DNA from: an uncultured bacterium
GTDB taxonomy: Bacteria > Fidelibacterota > Marinisomatia > Marinisomatales > CAZVFT01
NCBI GenBank assembly: GCA_964626495.1
Contig: CAZVFT010000003.1
Coordinates: 1,995 to 53,220 of the forward strand
Direction of reading: 5' to 3'
Length of the DNA: 51,226 nt
Shown here: positions 9,125-20,566 of the stretch, in pieces
Position numbering within the stretch: the stretch's first letter is position 1
How the letters are laid out: the number at the start of each line of letters is the position of its first letter
Position numbers and translations under genes: made by a program
The notes under the pieces: generated by a model
The model's database searches: none
The model's input: only the letters and a program-made list of their open reading frames with translations
What the model was told of the DNA's origin: nothing

Positions 9125-10431
9125 TGATACTTCTTATTGGTTCCGGAGCGAGAGAACACGCTATCGTCCGTGCCCTGGCACGATCCCCGCAGAAGCCCAC
9201 GATTGTCTGTCTCGCCTCCAACAACAATCCCGGTATTAAAAAATTGTGCCGCCAATTCTCTTTAGGTAAGATCACTAATCCACAGGATGTTGTGGAATTT
9301 GCCAGAACGCACAGTGCCGATCTGGCAATTGTTGGTCCAGAAGCACCATTGGAAGTGGGTGTGGCAGACGCCTTGTTGGATGCCGGTATCTCCACAGTCG
9401 GTCCCAAGAAAGCCCTCGCTCAGATCGAGACCAGCAAAGGATTCACCCGGGATCTGCTAAAGAAATACAACATCCCCTCCTGTCCAAAGTACCGTGTGTT
9501 TAGCAGTATGGACGGAGTCTCTGAAATCTTGAGTGAGCTGGGAGAAGCATACGTAGTAAAGTTTGATGGTCTGATGGGTGGGAAAGGAGTAAAAGTTGCC
9601 GGTGATCATCTTCATTCACACGATGACGCTACTTCCTATTGTCAGGAAATTATTAAAAAAGGCGGAAAATTTGTTATTGAAGAAAAGCTGATTGGTCAGG
9701 AATTTTCTCTCATGAGCTTCTCTGATGGTGACCATCTGGCTCATATGCCCCCAGTTCAGGATCATAAAAGAGCGTATGTCGGCGATACCGGTCCTAATAC
9801 AGGAGGAATGGGAAGTTACTCGGACAGTAATCACCTCCTTCCTTTTCTTACAGAAAAAGATATTGTCCAAGCACAACAGTTTAATCAGGCAACCATTGAT
9901 GCCCTGAAAAAAGAATTTGGTGAAGGATACAAGGGAATCCTCTATGGTGGATTCATTGCAACTGCTGACGGTGTAAAACTTATCGAATATAATGCCAGAT
10001 TGGGTGATCCTGAGGGAATGAATGTGCTGGCCATATTGGAATCGGATTTTGTTAACATCTGCCAAGCAATTATGGATGGGACATTGACACAGGAACATGC
10101 CCGATTTTCTAATTTGGCTACTGTATGCAAGTACGCAGTTCCAGAAGGCTATCCCGACTCGCCGGTGAAAGGAGAACCCATTGATATTTCTGCAGTCACC
10201 AAGACCAATCAGCTCTACTACGCTTCTGTGGAGGCGAAGGATGAACAGCTTTATGAGGCAGGATCGCGGACTGTAGCATACGTCGGAATTGCAGAGACGC
10301 TGAGTGAAGCAGAGGCAAAGGCGGAATCGGAGATCTCAAAGGTCAGGGGATCATTATTTCATCGAACGGATATCGGGACAAATGAGCTGATTCAGAAGCG
10401 GATTGAACACATGCATGAACTCCGTCTTTAA
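9121..10431 (+). CDS. purD: Phosphoribosylamine-glycine ligase
   Basis: IGSGAREHA, VGPEAPL, GKGV, QDHKR, GPNTGGMG, EYNARLGDPE. Confidence 0.97.
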   Translation: MMILLIGSGAREHAIVRALARSPQKPTIVCLASNNNPGIKKLCRQFSLGKITNPQDVVEFARTHSADLAIVGPEAPLEVGVADALLDAGISTVGPKKALAQIETSKGFTRDLLKKYNIPSCPKYRVFSSMDGVSEILSELGEAYVVKFDGLMGGKGVKVAGDHLHSHDDATSYCQEIIKKGGKFVIEEKLIGQEFSLMSFSDGDHLAHMPPVQDHKRAYVGDTGPNTGGMGSYSDSNHLLPFLTEKDIVQAQQFNQATIDALKKEFGEGYKGILYGGFIATADGVKLIEYNARLGDPEGMNVLAILESDFVNICQAIMDGTLTQEHARFSNLATVCKYAVPEGYPDSPVKGEPIDISAVTKTNQLYYASVEAKDEQLYEAGSRTVAYVGIAETLSEAEAKAESEISKVRGSLFHRTDIGTNELIQKRIEHMHELRL

Positions 10432-10436
10432 TAAAA

Positions 10437-10455
10437 GCAACTAAATAACAGTTGC
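10437..10455. promoter_or_regulatory. Candidate hicAB operator (inverted repeat overlapping a -35-like TTGCAT)
   Basis: GCAACT-aaataac-AGTTGC about 30 bp upstream of hicA. Confidence 0.5.
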
Positions 10456-10485
10456 ATATTACTTCAGTAAGACTGTAAATTCCTT

Positions 10486-10761
10486 GTGAGTAAAATAGAA
10501 AAACTGATTCAAAGGTTCTTATCGAAACCAAAGGATTTCAAATATGCTGAAGCAAAAAAATTGTTACGCCATTACGGATACACAGAATTAACAAAAGGGA
10601 GAACGTCAGGATCGCGTGTTGCATTTGTAAACCAAAAACTGAAAAGATCTATCCTGCTACACAAACCGCACAAGGGACTTTTGAAACCCTATCAATTGAC
10701 TGAAATAAAGAATGAACTCATCAAAGCAGGAAAAATATTAGAGGAGAAAGAAGATGGTTAA
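10486..10761 (+). CDS. hicA: Type II toxin, HicA family
   Basis: Small basic protein with KGRTSGSRVAF and LHKPH; overlaps a hicB-like gene. Confidence 0.88.
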   Translation: MSKIEKLIQRFLSKPKDFKYAEAKKLLRHYGYTELTKGRTSGSRVAFVNQKLKRSILLHKPHKGLLKPYQLTEIKNELIKAGKILEEKEDG

Positions 10762-11110
10762 AGATACATTGTTTTACAAAGGATTTTACGGTTCAATTCA
10801 TTACACCGATGACGACAAGTGTCTGTACGGTCATATTATAGGTATCACAGATTCTGTCTCTTATGAAGGGACAACTATAAAAGAAATCACCAACGACTTT
10901 CATAGGGCAGTTGATGACTACATTGCTGTTTGTAAAACCATGGGTAAAACGCCCTTAAAATCTGCAAAGGGTTCTTTTAATGTTCGGATTGGCGAAGAAG
11001 CGCACTTGAAAGCATTGATTAAAGCGGATATGAAAAAAACATCCTTAAATCAAATTGTAAAAGAAGCTGTAGAAAAAGAGATTGAGGATATTGAGTTGGT
11101 GGTTGAATGA
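10754..11110 (+). CDS. hicB: Type II antitoxin, HicB family
   Basis: YKGFYGSI, FHRAVDDY, KGSFNVRI and an RHH-like C-terminus (SLNQIV). Confidence 0.9.
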   Translation: MVKDTLFYKGFYGSIHYTDDDKCLYGHIIGITDSVSYEGTTIKEITNDFHRAVDDYIAVCKTMGKTPLKSAKGSFNVRIGEEAHLKALIKADMKKTSLNQIVKEAVEKEIEDIELVVE

Positions 11111-11150
11111 AACTGTGGTTTTATGTAAAGGTTTTCGAGTGTTAATCAAG

Positions 11151-11233
11151 TGGAATAATATTGTAGTGAGCCAACCTGTAACTGGAATAATATTGTAATG
11201 CCCACACAAGACTGGATTGGAAATAATATTGCA
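11151..11233. repeat. Three spaced copies of TGGA(A)TAATATTG(T/C)A
   Basis: Identical 15-mers at 11151-11165 and 11183-11197; near copy at 11218-11233. Confidence 0.7.
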
Positions 11234-11254
11234 CTTATCATACAAGAAGGGAAA

Positions 11255-11273
11255 TCTCCGTGACCTCTGTGGC
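11255..11273. repeat. Solo right end of the GxxExxY-type TIR containing the purN start codon
   Basis: TCTCCGTGACCTCTGTGGC is 18/19 identical to 6137-6155. Confidence 0.8.
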
Positions 11274-11880
11274 AAAATCAATAAAACTCGGCATCCTCGG
11301 CTCCACCAAGGGTACCGACCTCCAGGGCATCATTGATGCCATCGCGGATGGCAGACTCGACGCATCGGTAGAAATCGTCATCAGCAACCGGATGAAATCC
11401 TACATCCTGGAGCGGGCCCGAAATCACAGCATTGATGCCGTCTTTATCAGTCACAAGGGGAAAGAACGGGAACAGTTTGATCGGGAGATGACGGAATTAC
11501 TGGAGGCTAAGGGAGTGAAACTCATTCTCCTCATCGGCTTCATGCGGATTCTTTCCCCGTGGTTTTGTCGTCGTTGGCATAACCGTGTCCTCAATGTCCA
11601 CCCTTCCCTCCTTCCCAAGTACGCTGGCGGGATGGATATGAATGTTCACGAAGAAGTTCTCAAAAACCATGACACAGAGACTGGCTGCACGATACACATC
11701 GTCACGGCTGAAGTGGATGCTGGTCCCATTGTTATTCAGAAAAAATGTGCAGTGAAACCTGATGACACACCAGAAACACTCAAAACAAAAGTGCAGTTAC
11801 TTGAAGGAAAGGCGTTTATTGAAGCAATCAAAATGTTCCAGAAAAATGAATTTTTGTGCGGTGACAAGACCTCTCAGTAG
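11260..11880 (+). CDS. purN: Phosphoribosylglycinamide formyltransferase
   Basis: GFMRIL, NVHPSLLP, TGCTIH, VDAGP. Confidence 0.96.
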   Translation: MTSVAKSIKLGILGSTKGTDLQGIIDAIADGRLDASVEIVISNRMKSYILERARNHSIDAVFISHKGKEREQFDREMTELLEAKGVKLILLIGFMRILSPWFCRRWHNRVLNVHPSLLPKYAGGMDMNVHEEVLKNHDTETGCTIHIVTAEVDAGPIVIQKKCAVKPDDTPETLKTKVQLLEGKAFIEAIKMFQKNEFLCGDKTSQ

Positions 11881-12113
11881 AATGGATTCAAGGGTATAAT
11901 ATGAAACCCATTATAATTCGTTAGTTCTGATAAGAGATAATGTTCACAGTTCTTGTTAATAACACAATCCTCCCTCCTGTTCCCGAAACTTCTGGACGTG
12001 AGGACATCCTTCTTTGAGGGAGTACAAAGATAAATCAGGAAATTATGACAATAAAATTGGTCGCTCTGAATCAAGTAAAGTAGTGGCAAAAGACTATATT
12101 TCGACTCCAGAAA

Positions 12114-12404
12114 AAGTCCCCTCTAGAGAGGGGATAAAGGGGTATGTTGTGAGACGAAAAATCATTCCCTACAATCCAAAATTGAAGAAGACAAAGAACG
12201 TCAGAAAAGATTAGAATCTTTCGATGTCCAGTTTCTTCGTTTTCACAAGATAGATGTAAAGCAAGATATAGGAGATGTCCTCACAGCAATCGAAAATTGG
12301 ATTGACAGATTTGAAAAGAGACAAATTGGGCATCATAGTAAAACATAAACAATTAACACACCCCGCCCGATTGTCATCGGGACACCCCTCTGAAGAGGGG
12401 ACTT
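12114..12404 (+). mobile_element. Inverted-repeat-bounded DUF559 element remnant
   Basis: AAGTCCCCTCTAGAGAGGGG (12114-12133) versus CCCCTCTGAAGAGGGGACTT (12385-12404), 18/20 inverted. Inner GGGGTATGTT / AACACACCCC, 9/10. Confidence 0.7.
12149..12348 (+). pseudogene. DUF559 / Vsr-like endonuclease with core deleted
   Basis: N-terminus MRRKIIPYNPKLK joined out of frame to C-terminus EDKERQKRLESFDVQFLRF..DVKQDIGDVLTAIENWI. The middle (catalytic) region is absent. Confidence 0.75.
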
Positions 12405-12430
12405 CTTTAAACAGGAGGCATTTAAACAGA

Positions 12431-13969
12431 ATGAACACAGAAAAGACATCGGTTAAAACAGCACTAATCTCCGTTTCTAACAAGGATGAAATCGTCGAAT
12501 GCGCCAAAGGCTTAACTGACCTCAGCGTGGAGATCCTCTCCACTGGTGGCACGGCTAAGGTACTGCGTAATGCCGGCATCCCTGTCTCTGATGTATCTGA
12601 TTACACCGGATTTCCAGAGATTATGGACGGACGAATAAAAACTATCAATCCGTTAGTAGAAGGGGGCATTCTGGGCTTGCGTGATGCGCATCAGGAAGAA
12701 GCGAAAGCAAACAAAATCCAATGGATCGACCTTGTGATCTGTAATCTCTACCCCTTTGCTGAGACAGTCCAGAAACAGGGGGTTATATTGGACAATGTCC
12801 TTGAGAATATCGACATCGGCGGGCCAACTATGATTCGCTCCGCCGCTAAGAATGTGGGGTGGGTTGGGGTAGTGGTAGATCCAGACGATTACGATTCCGT
12901 CCTGATCGATCTGCGAGAGGAATGTGGATTGACATTCGAAACAAGGAAGCGTCTCTCCGCCAAGGCATTCGGGCATACAGCCAAATACGACAGTCTCATT
13001 CACAACCACCTAAAGAGTGACCAGTTGTCAGACGATTTTTCTCTGACGTTCGAAAAGTATTACGACCTCCGCTATGGAGAGAATCCTCATCAGAAGGCTG
13101 CCGCTTACAAAGTACCAGTCTCCACTGGGCCGAACATTCTCAATGCCACAATCAATCAGGGCAAGAAACTATCCTACAATAATGTAATGGATGCTGATGG
13201 TGCGCTGGCTTGTTTGAGGGAATTTACTGAACCCGCTTGTGTGGTTGTTAAACACACCAATCCTTGCGGTGTTGCCATTGGAGACAACATCACTGACTGC
13301 TTTCACCGTGCCTTTAACGCTGACTCTCTTTCAGCCTTCGGCGGTATCGTTGCTCTGAACAGAACGTGCACAACGGAAATTGTTGAGGCATTGCGAAAAA
13401 TATTCATCGAGATCATCCTTGCACCTGACTTTGAAGGAGGTGCACTCGAACTCTTCTCCAAAAAGAAAAATCTCCGGGTACTTGGAATCGGGGACATTTC
13501 TGAACGACAACCCCAGATTGAACACCGCTACCTGGATGGCGGCTTGCTTGTTCAGGAAAGTAACGTTCATACGTTAACACGTGAACAACTGCGCACCGTG
13601 ACGAAAGTGCAACCTTCAAAACGTGAGATTGAGGATATGCTGTTTGGCTGGAAGGTGTTGAAGCATGTGAAATCCAACGGAATTTTAACCGCGAAGAATA
13701 ACACAACTTTAGGAATAGGTGCTGGACAGGTTAGCCGTGTGGATGCTGTGGAAATCGCCATCCGTAAATCGGGAGACAAACTGGAAGGCGCCATTGTCGC
13801 CTCTGATGCTTTCTTCCCTTTCCGAGACAGCATAGACCGGATTGAGGATACAGGAATAAAGGCCGTCATCCAGCCGGGAGGTTCAATACGGGATGAGGAG
13901 GTTATTGATGCCTGTAATGAACATGGGATTGCGATGGTGTTTACCGGTATGCGGTGTTTCAAACATTGA
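12431..13969 (+). CDS. purH: Bifunctional AICAR transformylase / IMP cyclohydrolase
   Basis: ALISVSNK, STGGT, NIDIGGPTM, LRYGENPHQ, KHTNPCG, SDAFFPF, RCFKH. Start moved to ATG 12431, downstream of AGGAGG. Confidence 0.96.
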   Translation: MNTEKTSVKTALISVSNKDEIVECAKGLTDLSVEILSTGGTAKVLRNAGIPVSDVSDYTGFPEIMDGRIKTINPLVEGGILGLRDAHQEEAKANKIQWIDLVICNLYPFAETVQKQGVILDNVLENIDIGGPTMIRSAAKNVGWVGVVVDPDDYDSVLIDLREECGLTFETRKRLSAKAFGHTAKYDSLIHNHLKSDQLSDDFSLTFEKYYDLRYGENPHQKAAAYKVPVSTGPNILNATINQGKKLSYNNVMDADGALACLREFTEPACVVVKHTNPCGVAIGDNITDCFHRAFNADSLSAFGGIVALNRTCTTEIVEALRKIFIEIILAPDFEGGALELFSKKKNLRVLGIGDISERQPQIEHRYLDGGLLVQESNVHTLTREQLRTVTKVQPSKREIEDMLFGWKVLKHVKSNGILTAKNNTTLGIGAGQVSRVDAVEIAIRKSGDKLEGAIVASDAFFPFRDSIDRIEDTGIKAVIQPGGSIRDEEVIDACNEHGIAMVFTGMRCFKH

Positions 13970-13984
13970 TTATGTTTATCTGAA

Positions 13985-15106
13985 GTGAGCAAATCTGCAA
14001 CATTATTATTAGAAGATGGACAGATTTTCCGGGGGATTCTTTTGGGGTGTGACGGAGAAACTACTGGGGAAGTTTGCTTTAATACAGGTATGACTGGTTA
14101 TCAAGAAGTGCTCACAGATCCTTCTTACTATAAACAGATTGTCACCATGACATCCCCCCATATTGGAAACACGGGAGTAAACCCTGATGATATCGAATCT
14201 AACCGAATCCAAGTCGCTGGGTTTGTGATTAAAGAAGAAACAGATATCCCATCCAACTGGCGTTCCACACAATCTATTGGTAATTATTTACGAGAGCAAA
14301 ATATCGTTGGGATTCAGGGGATAGATACAAGAGCACTCACCAGATATATCCGGGACAAAGGCGCCATGAATGGCATCATTTCAACGATAGATTCTAATAT
14401 GGATTCGCTGAAACAAAAATTGAGCACAGTACCAAACATGACAGGTCTCGATTTGGTACAGGAAGTAACATGTGATAAGTGTTATGTATGGAATGGCACA
14501 ACTCCTCCGCAGTAGCTCCATTTTGGAGCACCAGCCCACCACTCCGCCAATTACAAGATTGCTGCCATCGATTTTGGCATCAAGTATAACATCCTTCAAT
14601 TACTGGGAAGTCATAGTTGTGATGTAACGGTTTTTCCCGCTCAAACTTCGGCAAAGGATATTCTGGATTTCAATCCAGATGGTATATTATTAAGTAATGG
14701 TCCCGGTGACCCAGCTGCTGTGACTGACGGCATCAAGATGGTGAAACAAATCTTAGGGAAAAAACCAATATTTGGGATTTGTCTTGGTCACCAGATTTTA
14801 TCACTGGCATCAGGTGCTAAAACATTTAAATTAAAATTTGGACATCGGGGAATCAATCATCCTGTAAAAAACTTGGAAACAGGTTCCATTGAAATTACCA
14901 GCCAGAATCACGGTTTTGCAGTGGACTTGAATAACTTACCTGAAAACATAATTCCAACACACTTGAATCTAAACGACAATACACTGGAAGGTATCCGATG
15001 TAAAGATATTCCAGCCTTTTCTGTTCAATATCATCCGGAATCAAGTCCCGGACCTCATGATAGCCAATATCTATTTAAACAATTTATCAATTTGATGAGT
15101 GCCTAA
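13985..15106 (+). pseudogene. carA: Carbamoyl-phosphate synthase small chain interrupted by an in-frame TAG (14513-14515)
   Basis: GEVCFNTGMTGYQE before the stop. The same frame continues [37 protein letters not shown]. Confidence 0.88.
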
Positions 15107-18100
15107 AAAAACGGATATAAACTCAATTTTTATCATCGGCGCCGGTCCTATAGTCATCGGACAAGCATGTGAATTTGACTATTCCGGCACACAGGCTGCC
15201 CGGGCGTTAAAGGAAGAGGGCTATCGTATCATCTTGGTGAATTCCAATCCTGCAACCATCATGACGGATCCGGGCTTGGCGGATGCCACTTACATCGAGC
15301 CAATCACCGTAGAATATGTTGCGGCTGTAATCGAAAAGGAACGTCCCGATACCACTCTTCCGACGGTAGGCGGTCAGACTGCTCTGAATCTGACTATGGA
15401 TCTGTATAGGCAGGGGATACTGGATAAATACGGTGTCCAGTTGATTGGCGCCCAGGTAGATGCCATCGTCAAAGCAGAAGACCGGGAAAAATTCAAAGAA
15501 GCTATGGATGCGGTAGGCATCGACACACCCAAAGGTGGGTTTGTCCATTCCTGGCAGGAAGCAGAAGAGTTACTGAAGTCTATGAACTTCCCCATAATTA
15601 TTCGTCCATCCTTCACCCTGGGCGGCACCGGTGGATCTGTAGTCTACAATAGCGAAGAGTTTCAGGAATTGCTAGAGAACGGGCTTCACTCCAGTCCTAT
15701 CACGGAAGTGCTGATGGAAGAGTCACTTCTTGGCTGGAAGGAATTCGAACTGGAAGTCATCCGGGACAAGGCGGACAATGCCATTATCATCTGTTCCATC
15801 GAAAATATTGATCCCATGGGCGTGCACACCGGCGATTCTGTGACAGTGGCACCAGCCATGACACTTACGGATAAGGAATATCAGCAGATGCGCAACTGGG
15901 CAATTCTTTGTCTGCGTACCATTGGTGTTGAAACGGGTGGATCCAATGTACAGTTCGCGGTAAATCCCGATGACGGTCGTATGGTCATCATTGAGATGAA
16001 TCCACGGGTAAGTCGTTCGTCTGCTCTTGCCAGTAAGGCGACCGGATTCCCCATCGCAAAAGTTGCCGCTAAACTGGCGGTGGGTTATACGCTGGACGAA
16101 CTTCCTAACGACATCACAGAGAAGACACTGGCTGCGTTTGAGCCTACCATTGATTATGTTGTAACGAAAGTCCCCCGGTTTGATTTCGAGAAATTTCCGT
16201 CGGCTTCCGGACATTTAGGTGTGCAGATGCAAAGTGTGGGTGAAGTTATGTCTATTGGTCGGACATTCCCAGAAAGCCTGCAAAAAGCCTTTCGATCATT
16301 AGAAGTTGGGCTGGATGGGCTGGAACCGAAACCGCCGGCTGAAGGGGACCTGGAAGTGACGCGAGCACGATCATTAGATATGTCAACTTTGCGGTATGCA
16401 TCAGCCTTTCGACTGTTGAAAGTACGTCAAGCCTTTCTGGAAGGCCAGTCAGTGGATGATGTTTTTAACATAACAAAAATAGATCCATGGTTTTTACGTC
16501 AGTTTAAAAAAATAGTAGAAATGGATGGTGATACTCCTTTCCTGGAATTAAAACAGATCGGATTTTCAGACCGGCAGATTGGGCGTATAATTGGAAAGAC
16601 AGAAACAGAAGTACGCAGAAAACGGAAAGAAGAGCAGGTTTATCCTTCCTACAAGGTTGTGGACACCTGCGCTGCTGAATTTGAAGCAAAGACACCTTAT
16701 TGTTATTCCACTTACGATGAAGAAAATGAGATTACTCCACTGGAAGGCAAATCCGAAGGATCCTGTGGAAAGGTGATGATTCTTGGAGGTGGTCCAAATC
16801 GCATCGGTCAGGGGATAGAGTTTGATTACTGCTGTGTCCAGGCGGTATTTGGTCTTCAGGATCTCGGGTACAAGACCATCATGGTCAACTGCAATCCAGA
16901 AACGGTGAGTACAGATTATGATCTGGTGGATCGCCTCTATTTTGAGCCAGTCACTTTTGAAGATGTTCTCAATATCGTGGAATTCGAAAAACCCGATGGT
17001 GTGTTGGTGCAGTTTGGTGGACAGACACCTCTGAAGATTGCCAACGATCTTGCTGATGCGGGCGTTCCCATTATCGGTACTTCACCAGAGAGTATTGACA
17101 TGGCGGAAGACCGGGAAAAATTTGGACGAATTCTAGGAAAATTGAATGTGACCTGTCCTAAGTACGGTACGGGGATAACACTGAACGAAGTAGTGGATGT
17201 ATCTGAAAAGATCGGCTTTCCGGTGCTGGCTCGACCCAGTTATGTGTTAGGCGGCAGGGCTATGGAAATCGTCTATTCAAAAGAGCAGCTGATTGACTAC
17301 ATCGCTCGGTCTGCAGATGTGACGGAAGGGCACCCGATCCTGATTGATGAATTCCTAGAAGATGCTTTCGAATTTGACGTAGACGCCCTGTGTGACGGTG
17401 AGACGGTTCACATCGGTGGGATTATGCAGCACATTGAAGAAGCCGGCATCCATTCCGGTGACTCGGCCTGTGTTTTACCGCCATATCGGATAACCACCTC
17501 TGCTATGGAGGAGATCATTCACATCACGAAATCCCTCGCTTTAGAACTGAATGTAATCGGACTCATTAACCTGCAGTTTGCCTACAAGAACAACCAGGTA
17601 TATGTATTGGAAGTAAACCTCAGGGCCAGCCGGACAGTTCCTTTTGTAAGCAAAGCTACTAATGTTCTACTATCGCGAATTGCTGTGATGCTAACTGTAG
17701 GAGAGAAATTGAAAAATATGGATTTAAAGCCGTGGGATAACATCAACCATATTGCGGTTAAGGAAGCCGTTTTACCATTCAACACATTCCCTGAAGAATC
17801 TATTTTCTTGAGTCCGGAAATGAAATCCACCGGGGAAGTGATGGGGATCTCACCCACATTTGGGGGGTCGTTTCAGCGTGCTACTATAAGTGCGGGCAGT
17901 GACCTTCCCGAAAGCGGATGCGTGTTCATATCGGTCAATGATCAGGACAAAATGAATACTATTCCCTTAGCACGCGATCTGTCTGAGATGGGCTTTGACA
18001 TTGTAGCCACATCAGGAACAGCACTGGAATTGAAGCGTAACGGCATCCCGACTCAGTCCATTTTCAAAGTAGGAGAAGGGCGACCGAATGTAGTTGATGG

Positions 18101-18302
18101 ACTCAAGAACGGAGATATTCAACTGGTAATCAATACACCGCTTGGTAAGCAGTCCCGATTCGATGAAGAAGCCATAGGACGAACCTGCATTCAAAAGGGA
18201 ATCATGGCGATCACAACTCTTTCCGCCGCAGAAGCTTCTGTTCGGGCGATTCGCTTAAAACGAAAAATTGTTGTAAAACCTATTCAAGAATACCACTCAT
18301 AA
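15099..18302 (+). CDS. carB: Carbamoyl-phosphate synthase large chain
   Basis: [55 protein letters not shown]-terminal MGS domain. Confidence 0.97.
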   Translation: MPKKTDINSIFIIGAGPIVIGQACEFDYSGTQAARALKEEGYRIILVNSNPATIMTDPGLADATYIEPITVEYVAAVIEKERPDTTLPTVGGQTALNLTMDLYRQGILDKYGVQLIGAQVDAIVKAEDREKFKEAMDAVGIDTPKGGFVHSWQEAEELLKSMNFPIIIRPSFTLGGTGGSVVYNSEEFQELLENGLHSSPITEVLMEESLLGWKEFELEVIRDKADNAIIICSIENIDPMGVHTGDSVTVAPAMTLTDKEYQQMRNWAILCLRTIGVETGGSNVQFAVNPDDGRMVIIEMNPRVSRSSALASKATGFPIAKVAAKLAVGYTLDELPNDITEKTLAAFEPTIDYVVTKVPRFDFEKFPSASGHLGVQMQSVGEVMSIGRTFPESLQKAFRSLEVGLDGLEPKPPAEGDLEVTRARSLDMSTLRYASAFRLLKVRQAFLEGQSVDDVFNITKIDPWFLRQFKKIVEMDGDTPFLELKQIGFSDRQIGRIIGKTETEVRRKRKEEQVYPSYKVVDTCAAEFEAKTPYCYSTYDEENEITPLEGKSEGSCGKVMILGGGPNRIGQGIEFDYCCVQAVFGLQDLGYKTIMVNCNPETVSTDYDLVDRLYFEPVTFEDVLNIVEFEKPDGVLVQFGGQTPLKIANDLADAGVPIIGTSPESIDMAEDREKFGRILGKLNVTCPKYGTGITLNEVVDVSEKIGFPVLARPSYVLGGRAMEIVYSKEQLIDYIARSADVTEGHPILIDEFLEDAFEFDVDALCDGETVHIGGIMQHIEEAGIHSGDSACVLPPYRITTSAMEEIIHITKSLALELNVIGLINLQFAYKNNQVYVLEVNLRASRTVPFVSKATNVLLSRIAVMLTVGEKLKNMDLKPWDNINHIAVKEAVLPFNTFPEESIFLSPEMKSTGEVMGISPTFGGSFQRATISAGSDLPESGCVFISVNDQDKMNTIPLARDLSEMGFDIVATSGTALELKRNGIPTQSIFKVGEGRPNVVDGLKNGDIQLVINTPLGKQSRFDEEAIGRTCIQKGIMAITTLSAAEASVRAIRLKRKIVVKPIQEYHS
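16752..16769. repeat. 18-bp double mini-hairpin inserted in frame in carB
   Basis: TCC-GAA-GGA-TCC-TGT-GGA encodes SEGSCG. Removing it restores [13 protein letters not shown]. Confidence 0.6.
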
Positions 18303-18333
18303 TCAATTTACACAGCAAGCGTCCCTACCAATA

Positions 18334-19833
<1,500 letters not shown>

Positions 19834-20008
19834 TTATGATATTATCAGTTATTGGATTATTGCAACCAGGGGAGATTGTTGAAACTCAACCCTATTAGAA
19901 TTTTTTCCCTTTTCTACAGATTTTTAATAGAACAATATCAATTATTTAAGTATCCTAAACCGCAGTAATAATAGGAGGGAAAAATAGTGAAAACAAGATT
20001 AAATTAAT

Positions 20009-20272
20009 TCATCTCGTAAATTCGAGGGTTTTAAAAAGCGGCTCCAGATTTATTTCCATGAGTTTTTTTAGTTTTGCATTTAGTTCATTTACTTTTTTGG
20101 ATTGAATACATACCTTAACCCCCTCCAACTCAAAAGTTCGATCCCATGAAATGTGAACTCCTTTTGGAAGCTGCAATTTTTTCACTTCCGATTCCACTAA
20201 ATTGTTGATCTTTGTCAGCATAGGATATTGTAACTGAGTGAGCTTTAAACGGATGTCGGCAATTTTTTTAGG
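20009..20272 (-). pseudogene. Detached duplicate 3' end of the ParB-like gene (alternative C-terminus)
   Basis: PKKIADIRLK...ISWD identical to the 24647..25570 product, followed by a diverged homologous tail. Confidence 0.8.
20142..20272. repeat. 131-bp direct repeat, copy 1
   Basis: Identical to 24792-24922 (offset 4650 bp). Confidence 0.95.
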
Positions 20273-20566
20273 ATAATAAGGTATTACGGGAAGAAATTTA
20301 ATCATTTTTTAATGGATATATAGCTGAACTCTATATTCGATCTGTAAAAATATATCTCATTCTTAAAAATTGACGAAATAAAATCGTGATAAACCAAATT
20401 AATAGCCAACTTTTATGTTCATATCATAATTGGGTCAATTTTGATAATTAACTTGGTTATGTGTATTTTATAAAGGTTACAAACTGAATTTATCAATAAC
20501 GTTATTATAATGGTGCTCATTCGATAGTTGATTTTTTCTATATTTAAGCGTAAAATAAAAGTTGCG

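Noticed and set aside
11151-11233. Mini CRISPR array
   Set aside because: 15-bp repeats and 17-20 bp spacers are too short and no cas genes are present. Kept only as an unexplained repeat.
12275-12430. 52-aa N-terminal extension of PurH in the ORF track
   Set aside because: It runs through the DUF559 remnant and its inverted repeat. AGGAGG precedes ATG 12431.
14513-14515. Genome-wide TAG reassignment or pyrrolysine
   Set aside because: TAG ends purN, ppdK, ridA and the 35040 gene at expected positions, and no pyl genes are in the window.
18315-18328. GCAAGCGTCCCTAC as a GTAG-type REP
   Set aside because: Only half a palindrome, single copy, and no RAYT gene is visible.
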